DNA of 64,000 bases. It comes from an uncultured Acidimicrobiaceae bacterium (GTDB lineage Bacteria; Actinomycetota; Acidimicrobiia; Spongiisociales; UBA5794). Where the stretch lies: positions 21,498 through 85,497 of the forward strand of contig CAMYKI010000004.1 of NCBI GenBank assembly GCA_947258985.1, written 5' to 3'. Shown here in pieces: positions 58,573 through 64,000 of this stretch. A model generated the notes under the pieces. The model was not told the DNA's origin. It saw only the letters and a program-made list of their open reading frames with translations, and searched no databases. Numbering within the stretch: position 1 is the stretch's first letter; the number at the start of each line of letters is the position of its first letter. The position numbers and the translations under genes are program-made.

Positions 58573-60282
58573 CTAGCTGCGTTCGGCCCTGATCCGGTCG
58601 GCGATTCCTGCTGCGGCCCCATCCATGGCGACTTTTTCGGTTTCGCCCGTCTTCCGCACCGTTACTTCGACGATTCCGTCGGCCAATCCACGGGGACCGA
58701 TCGTAATGCGATAGGGGATCCCGATCAGCTCGGCATCGTTGAACTTCACCCCGGGGCGCTCATCGCGGTCGTCGATGATGACGTCAACGCCGGTCCCGAG
58801 CAGCTCTGAGTAGACGGCTTCGGCAGCTTCCATTGTCTCGGCGTCCCGCCGGAGCACCGTGATCACAGCTTCATACGGCGCAACGGTGACCGGCCATGCA
58901 ATCCCGTTGTCGTCGTGATGCGTCTCCACAATCGCCGCCAGGTTCCGCTCCAACCCTATACCGTACGAGCCCATGTAGATGGGCCTGCTCTTACCGTCGC
59001 CGTCCAAGACCATTGCTCCCAGCGGTTCCGAGTATTTGGTTCCGAGTTTGAAGATATGGCCACATTCGATTGCCCGAAAGACATCGATCGGCTCGGCGCA
59101 CTCGATGCAGGGCTCACCGGCGGCAACCTCCCGCAGATCGGCCCACTCGGTCACCTCGACATCTCTTTCCACCGACACCCCTCGAAGGTGGTGGTCGTCG
59201 AGGTTGGCGCCGGTCGTCATGTTCATGCGTCCCTCGAGCGCACGATCGGCAACAATCCTCACCCCATCTACGCCCACGGCTCCAAGGCTGCCGGCATCGG
59301 CACCGAGCAGCTCCCGTATCTCTTCGGGATGAGCCGGTCGGAAGTCCATGGCACCCGTTTGGTCCTGCAGCTTCTGCTCCTGCAGCGGGTGGTCGCCGCG
59401 CAGCAAAACGAGCGCCGCTTCTCCGTCGAGCACGTAGATCAGGGTCTTGATCTGGCGATCGGCGGCCGCTCCGCCCTCGAAGCTCACGAGGTCCTCGATG
59501 GTGCGAACCCCGGGCGTTGGGAACCGCTCTGGAGACTCGGGCCCGGCTTCATCGGCGACCGCAGCCACGCGTGACAGCGCCGTCTCCACATTGGCCGCAT
59601 ACCCACAGTTCGCGCAGTGGGCGACGAGGTCCTCGCCCGCTTCGGCCCGAACCATGAATTCGACCGATCCGCTGCCGCCCATGGCCCCCGATGAAGCCTC
59701 TACGGGGATCGCATCGAGATCGAGCCTGGCAAAGATCCTCTTGTACGCCTCGTAGTGAGCGTCGAAGGCCGTGTCGAGACCCTCCTGGTCGATGTCGAAG
59801 CTATAGGAGTCCTTCATTGTGAACTCGCGCACTCGGAGCAGCCCGGACTTGGGACGAGGCTCGTCCCGGAACTTGGTGTGGATCTGGTACCAGATCTGAG
59901 GCAGCTGCTTATAAGAAGTGAGCTCGGTGGCGATCGTGGTGAAGATCTCCTCATGGGTCATTCCCAACACGACCTCACCGGATTTTCGGTCGATGAGACG
60001 GAACATCTCATCGCCCATGACGTCGAGACGGCCCGTCTTTCTCCAGATTTCCGCAGGATGCAATGACGGGAAAAGGAACTCCTGGCCCCCAATGGCGTCC
60101 AACTCTTCCTCGATGACCTTCCGGACCTTGCGTCGAGAGCGGAATGCCAATGGCAGCAACGTATAGACACCTGCCATCAGCTGCCGAATGAAGGCCGCTC
60201 GAATGAGCAGTCGATGGCTGACGGCCTCGGCATCGGCCGGATCGTCACGGAGAGTGGGGATGAATGCTTGTGACCAACGCAC
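58573..60282 (-). CDS. proS: Proline--tRNA ligase (bacterial type with editing domain)
   Basis: Class II motifs are present, along with an INS editing domain and a C-terminal anticodon-binding domain. A GTG start follows GGAG. Confidence 0.85.
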   Translation of the reverse strand: MRWSQAFIPTLRDDPADAEAVSHRLLIRAAFIRQLMAGVYTLLPLAFRSRRKVRKVIEEELDAIGGQEFLFPSLHPAEIWRKTGRLDVMGDEMFRLIDRKSGEVVLGMTHEEIFTTIATELTSYKQLPQIWYQIHTKFRDEPRPKSGLLRVREFTMKDSYSFDIDQEGLDTAFDAHYEAYKRIFARLDLDAIPVEASSGAMGGSGSVEFMVRAEAGEDLVAHCANCGYAANVETALSRVAAVADEAGPESPERFPTPGVRTIEDLVSFEGGAAADRQIKTLIYVLDGEAALVLLRGDHPLQEQKLQDQTGAMDFRPAHPEEIRELLGADAGSLGAVGVDGVRIVADRALEGRMNMTTGANLDDHHLRGVSVERDVEVTEWADLREVAAGEPCIECAEPIDVFRAIECGHIFKLGTKYSEPLGAMVLDGDGKSRPIYMGSYGIGLERNLAAIVETHHDDNGIAWPVTVAPYEAVITVLRRDAETMEAAEAVYSELLGTGVDVIIDDRDERPGVKFNDAELIGIPYRITIGPRGLADGIVEVTVRKTGETEKVAMDGAAAGIADRIRAERS

Positions 60283-60369
60283 AGATGCTCCGGGGTCGGT
60301 TGCGAGGTGATGACAATAGCGCGCCACATCGCGGCGGCATCGCAATGCGCTATCGGCGATTCCCGGGGT

Positions 60370-61578
60370 TCACTCCCCCGCAGCCTCTGCCACGGCAGCC
60401 CGACGCTCCGCGGCGCGGTTGGCGTCACCCTGCAGCGACCGCAATTCGACGGCTTGCTCCTCCGCCAGGTCGGCCGCGCTCACGTCTGCGGCGGCGAGAC
60501 GGGCCTCAACACCCTCGTCGACCAGGCGGCGCGCCTCGCTAACGAGAGCTTCCACCATCTCGGATTCCTGAACGACGCGCACGACCTGGCCTTTGATGAA
60601 GAGATGCCCTTTGCCCCGCCCGGCCGCAATGCCGATGTCCGCCTCGCGGGCTTCTCCCGGCCCATTGACGACGCAGCCCATTACGGCAACCTGGATCGGC
60701 AGACCCTCTGCCTCGAGCGCCGCTTCCGCTTCGGCGACAACCTCGATCACATCAACCTCGGCCCTTCCGCAGGATGGGCAGGCAATGAGATCGAGGCTCT
60801 TGCGCTCTCTCAATCCGAGGTACTCCAGCAGCTTCCGCCCCGCTTTGGCCTCCTCAACGGGATCGGCAGTCAGGGAGAACCGGATGGTGTCACCGATGCC
60901 TTCTAGCAGCAGGGTGGCGATACCGGCGACCGACTTGATCAGGCCTCCGGGGGGTGGCCCGGCCTCGGTAACACCAAGGTGAAGCGGATAGTCGATCCTC
61001 TTCGCAAGCAGTCGGTAGGACTCGACCATCGACGGTACATGCGAGTGCTTCACCGAGATCTTGATGTCGTCGAACCCGACATCCTCGAGGTAGCCGATCT
61101 CGTGGAGTGCCGATTCGACTAGTGCTTCAGGAACCGGTGCTCCGTACTTGGCCAGCAGGTCCTTGTCGAGGGATCCGGCGTTGACGCCAACTCGAATGGG
61201 AATCCCGGCGTCGCTGGCCGCCCGGGCCACCGCCTTGATGTGCTCCTCCTTGCGGATGTTCCCCGGGTTGAGCCGCAAACCCGCTACGCCCGCTTCGATC
61301 GCAGCAAGAGCAAGCCGGTACTGAAAATGGATGTCGGCAATGATCGGAACCGGAGCTCTTGGAACGATCTCAGCCAAACCCTGGGCGGCCGCCACATCGT
61401 TGCAGGTGATTCGAACGATGTCGGCGCCAGCCCCGGAAAGCGCATAGGTCTGGGCCAAGGTGGCGTCGACGTCGGCGGTCTTGGTCGTAGTCATCGACTG
61501 CACGGTGATCGGACTATCCGCCCCAACCGGTACAGATCCAACATGGAGGAGGCGCGAGGTACGCCGTTTGATGGTCAT
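60370..61578 (-). CDS. ispG: 4-hydroxy-3-methylbut-2-en-1-yl diphosphate synthase (flavodoxin)
   Basis: 402 aa with the C-terminal Cys motif CPSCGR and the N-terminal TIM-barrel segment VQSMTTT. Confidence 0.9.
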   Translation of the reverse strand: MTIKRRTSRLLHVGSVPVGADSPITVQSMTTTKTADVDATLAQTYALSGAGADIVRITCNDVAAAQGLAEIVPRAPVPIIADIHFQYRLALAAIEAGVAGLRLNPGNIRKEEHIKAVARAASDAGIPIRVGVNAGSLDKDLLAKYGAPVPEALVESALHEIGYLEDVGFDDIKISVKHSHVPSMVESYRLLAKRIDYPLHLGVTEAGPPPGGLIKSVAGIATLLLEGIGDTIRFSLTADPVEEAKAGRKLLEYLGLRERKSLDLIACPSCGRAEVDVIEVVAEAEAALEAEGLPIQVAVMGCVVNGPGEAREADIGIAAGRGKGHLFIKGQVVRVVQESEMVEALVSEARRLVDEGVEARLAAADVSAADLAEEQAVELRSLQGDANRAAERRAAVAEAAGE

Positions 61579-61609
61579 GATGAGTGCATGCTATCCGTTT
61601 GCAGGGGGA

Positions 61610-62878
61610 TCACCGCGGTAGCGGTATCGGGTCGACGATATCGAAGTAGATCCCAAGGACGCCGATAGCCACGATGAAGACGAAGACGGCAGCGGCGATC
61701 GGCAGCAGACGTCTCACGTCGGCTTCCCTGCCCCGGATCTTCTCGTAGAGGGCAACAGCGAAATGCCCGCCGTCGAGCGGATACAACGGGATGAAGTTGA
61801 GAACACCAACAAACACGTTGACATAGGCCATGAGAAACAACGCAAACTCAATCCCGGTTGCCACCCGAACCAGACCGATCACACTCACGGGCCGTGCCTC
61901 TTGCAGAACATCGGTGTCCTGTCCGAGCGCCGCCCCGATGAGGTTGGGAGTCTGCCTGACCATCTCGAAGAGGGCCTGAACCGACAAGACGGCGGTATCG
62001 ACGATCAGCCCCCCGGCGGTCGCAATCCCCTCGACCGGGCCGACGTTGACCTCATCCCCAGCCGGGGATACTCCCATGAACCCGATGACTTCTCCATCGA
62101 CTTCGCGCCTGGCGAAGGTCACCTCGTCCTCGATAATCTCCCCGTCGCGCTCGATCCTCACGGTGGTGAGTTGGGCGGGGCGTTCGTGAGCCATCTCAAC
62201 AAAGTGGTCCCAGTCCTCCACCAGGATCCCGTCAACGGCAAGCAACACGTCGCCCGGTTCGATACCGAAAACGTGGGCGGGCGTCGGGACCACGTTGTCG
62301 GTCGTTGTGGCGATGACATCTACGCCATCTCTGACGAGAATTACTGTCGAAACCTCGTTCGGTGGTTTCTGCGATGTGGTGGGTACTTCCGCGATGGGCA
62401 CACCGTCAACCGAGACGACAATGTCGTCCCCCTCGAGGAGCAACGGCTCGCCCGGCGATCCGCCGTTTGCCGTCACCAACACTTGTGACACCGTGTCGAC
62501 TTCGGTGGATGGCTCGAAGGTGTTCCAGGTCACCGCCACGATGTAGAACAAGATGAAAGCCACGACAAAGTGGCTGCCGATGCCGGCGAGCACCACAATG
62601 GCCTTCTGCCAAAAGGGCTTGAAGCGATAGGTGCGGTGCTCCTCCTCGGCGGGGACATCCTCGAAAGGGTTCATCCCAACAATGCGCACATAGCCGCCAA
62701 GCGGAATGGCCTTGACGCCGTATTCGGTCTCTCCCCTCGTCGTCGACCACAGACGCGGACCAAATCCGAAGAAGGCCTCCGTGGCCTTCATGTCGAAGAG
62801 CTTGGCGGTTATGAAGTGACCTGCCTCATGGATGACCACCATGGAAAGCATGCCGACGATGACGATGAATGGGCCCAT
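61610..62878 (-). CDS. Site-2 (M50) zinc metalloprotease of the RseP/Rip1 family with a PDZ domain
   Basis: HEAGHF (HExxH) in TM1, a PDZ segment, and a C-terminal LDGG-containing TM. Confidence 0.8.
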   Translation of the reverse strand: MGPFIVIVGMLSMVVIHEAGHFITAKLFDMKATEAFFGFGPRLWSTTRGETEYGVKAIPLGGYVRIVGMNPFEDVPAEEEHRTYRFKPFWQKAIVVLAGIGSHFVVAFILFYIVAVTWNTFEPSTEVDTVSQVLVTANGGSPGEPLLLEGDDIVVSVDGVPIAEVPTTSQKPPNEVSTVILVRDGVDVIATTTDNVVPTPAHVFGIEPGDVLLAVDGILVEDWDHFVEMAHERPAQLTTVRIERDGEIIEDEVTFARREVDGEVIGFMGVSPAGDEVNVGPVEGIATAGGLIVDTAVLSVQALFEMVRQTPNLIGAALGQDTDVLQEARPVSVIGLVRVATGIEFALFLMAYVNVFVGVLNFIPLYPLDGGHFAVALYEKIRGREADVRRLLPIAAAVFVFIVAIGVLGIYFDIVDPIPLPR

Positions 62879-62911
62879 TACAGATTCCTGTTGGCGCTGC
62901 GCGGGAACACG

Positions 62912-64000
62912 CTACCGAACTTCTCCCGTTACTTCGACAAACCGGGTAGCTGCCTTGCGCGCTTCCGCATCCACAGCGAGTACGTCGGCGACGTTGTTCA
63001 ACTCCACAATCGGCAAATAGTCGAGCGTTGCCGCAACGACATCAGCGATCGCCAGGAACGGGATACGTCCATCGAGGAAGGCGGCCACGGCTACCTCGTC
63101 GGCGGCGTTGAGCACCGCCGGTGCCGAGCGACCGGTCCGGCCGGCCCAGTAGCCGAGATCCAAGCATGGGAAATCGTCCCGCCTCGGGGGTTCGAATTCG
63201 AGCGGGCTCGCGGTCAGGTCAAACGGGTCGAGATTTGCCGAGTACCTAGCGGGATAGGTGATCGCATACTGGATCGGCACCCGCATATCGGGGTCACCGA
63301 GTTCGGCTTTGAGTGTTCCGTCGACGAATTCGACGAGCGAGTGAACGATGCTCTGCGGATGCACCACGACATCGATCCGGTCGTACGGGATGGCGTAGAG
63401 ATAGTGAGCCTCGATGACTTCGAATGCCTTGTTCATGAGGGTGGCGGAATCGATAGTGATCCGGGGACCCATGCTCCACGTCGGGTGAGCCAGAGCTTCT
63501 TCGACAGTGACCGACTCGAGTTCGTGACGGCTCCTGCCGCGGAAGGGCCCTCCGGAGGCTGTCAGGATCAGACGGCGCACCGTCTCCTCCTGTTCGCCTA
63601 CGAGGCATTGCCACAGAGCCGAGTGCTCGCTGTCGACGGGGATGATTTCCCCGTCGCCTGCCGTGGCGGCTGCCACGACAACCGGCCCGCCGGCGACAAG
63701 GCTCTCTTTGTTGGCCAGGGCGACACGATTGCCTGCATCCAACGCGGCCACCGTCGGTGCGAGACCGGCCGCACCGACGATTCCGTTGACGACAATGCGC
63801 TCCGGTTCGCCGGCCATACCGAGCAGAGCGTCTTCACCGAAGGCGACCCGGGTCCCGAGAGCGGCGACGCATTGCTCCCTTTCGTCGGCGGTGGGTCCAA
63901 CGACAACGACCCGGCAATCCGGCTGACGGCGCGCGGCCAAGAGCAAATCGTCGGAACCCCGATAGGCCGCGATGCCGGCAACGTGTATGTCCAGGGATTC
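62912..64000 (-). CDS. dxr: 1-deoxy-D-xylulose-5-phosphate reductoisomerase; the N-terminus lies beyond the window end
   Basis: DSEHSA, LTASGGPFR and NKAFEVIEA blocks. The reading frame continues open to position 64000. Confidence 0.85.
   Translation of the reverse strand, partial: ESLDIHVAGIAAYRGSDDLLLAARRQPDCRVVVVGPTADEREQCVAALGTRVAFGEDALLGMAGEPERIVVNGIVGAAGLAPTVAALDAGNRVALANKESLVAGGPVVVAAATAGDGEIIPVDSEHSALWQCLVGEQEETVRRLILTASGGPFRGRSRHELESVTVEEALAHPTWSMGPRITIDSATLMNKAFEVIEAHYLYAIPYDRIDVVVHPQSIVHSLVEFVDGTLKAELGDPDMRVPIQYAITYPARYSANLDPFDLTASPLEFEPPRRDDFPCLDLGYWAGRTGRSAPAVLNAADEVAVAAFLDGRIPFLAIADVVAATLDYLPIVELNNVADVLAVDAEARKAATRFVEVTGEVR

Overview
This is a high-GC (about 68-70%) chromosomal segment, most likely from an actinobacterium. 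The taxon is an inference from codon bias and from the actinobacterial-type LexA box TCGAAC-N4-GTTCGA. It holds about 65 protein-coding genes and two partial genes at the window edges.

The left 44 kb is a mix of metabolism, transport and stress genes:
- a divergent class-I aminotransferase (partial) and serC pair
- ferritin and a YhhN-family membrane protein
- a secreted lipoprotein serpin with a perfect 36-bp in-frame tandem repeat
- GNAT / SixA / a TPP-dependent enzyme
- a heterodimeric ABC exporter whose first subunit has a degenerate Walker B
- GrpB and a VOC (glyoxalase-like) protein
- trkA-trkH
- the complete LexA-regulated translesion 'mutasome': dnaE2, and 20 kb away imuA'-imuB, each preceded by a perfect 22-28 bp palindromic SOS box
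- a TetR plus MacB-like ABC efflux operon with a candidate promoter and operator
- ychF, flanked by an unusual family of AACCCAGGGTTC-containing repeats, including a 36-bp x 2.7 tandem repeat
- a GMC oxidoreductase, an SGNH hydrolase and udk
- a DUF4097 / ribbon-helix-helix / small-ORF module
- a thiamine salvage operon (thiamine pyrophosphokinase, thiB, thiP, thiQ) behind a recognisable TPP riboswitch
- MTHFS, an SDR oxidoreductase, a YcaQ/AlkZ-type DNA glycosylase, plsC, a DUF4349 lipoprotein and dodecin

The right 20 kb is the highly conserved pnp-rpsO ... ribF-truB-nrnA-rbfA-DUF503-infB-nusA-rimP-proS-ispG-S2P protease-dxr block. An asparaginase-N-domain protein, glgP and a RidA gene are inserted between rpsO and ribF.

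I found no rRNA or tRNA genes, no CRISPR array, no transposase or integrase, and no obvious complete novel multi-gene system. The most unusual signals are the repeat family around ychF, a 46-bp perfect palindrome upstream of the asparaginase-like gene, the truncated imuA', and the DUF4097 operon.

CDS coordinates come from the supplied ORF track, with starts re-assigned where homology or ribosome-binding sites argue for it. Coordinates of non-coding elements were hand-indexed and may be off by a few nucleotides.
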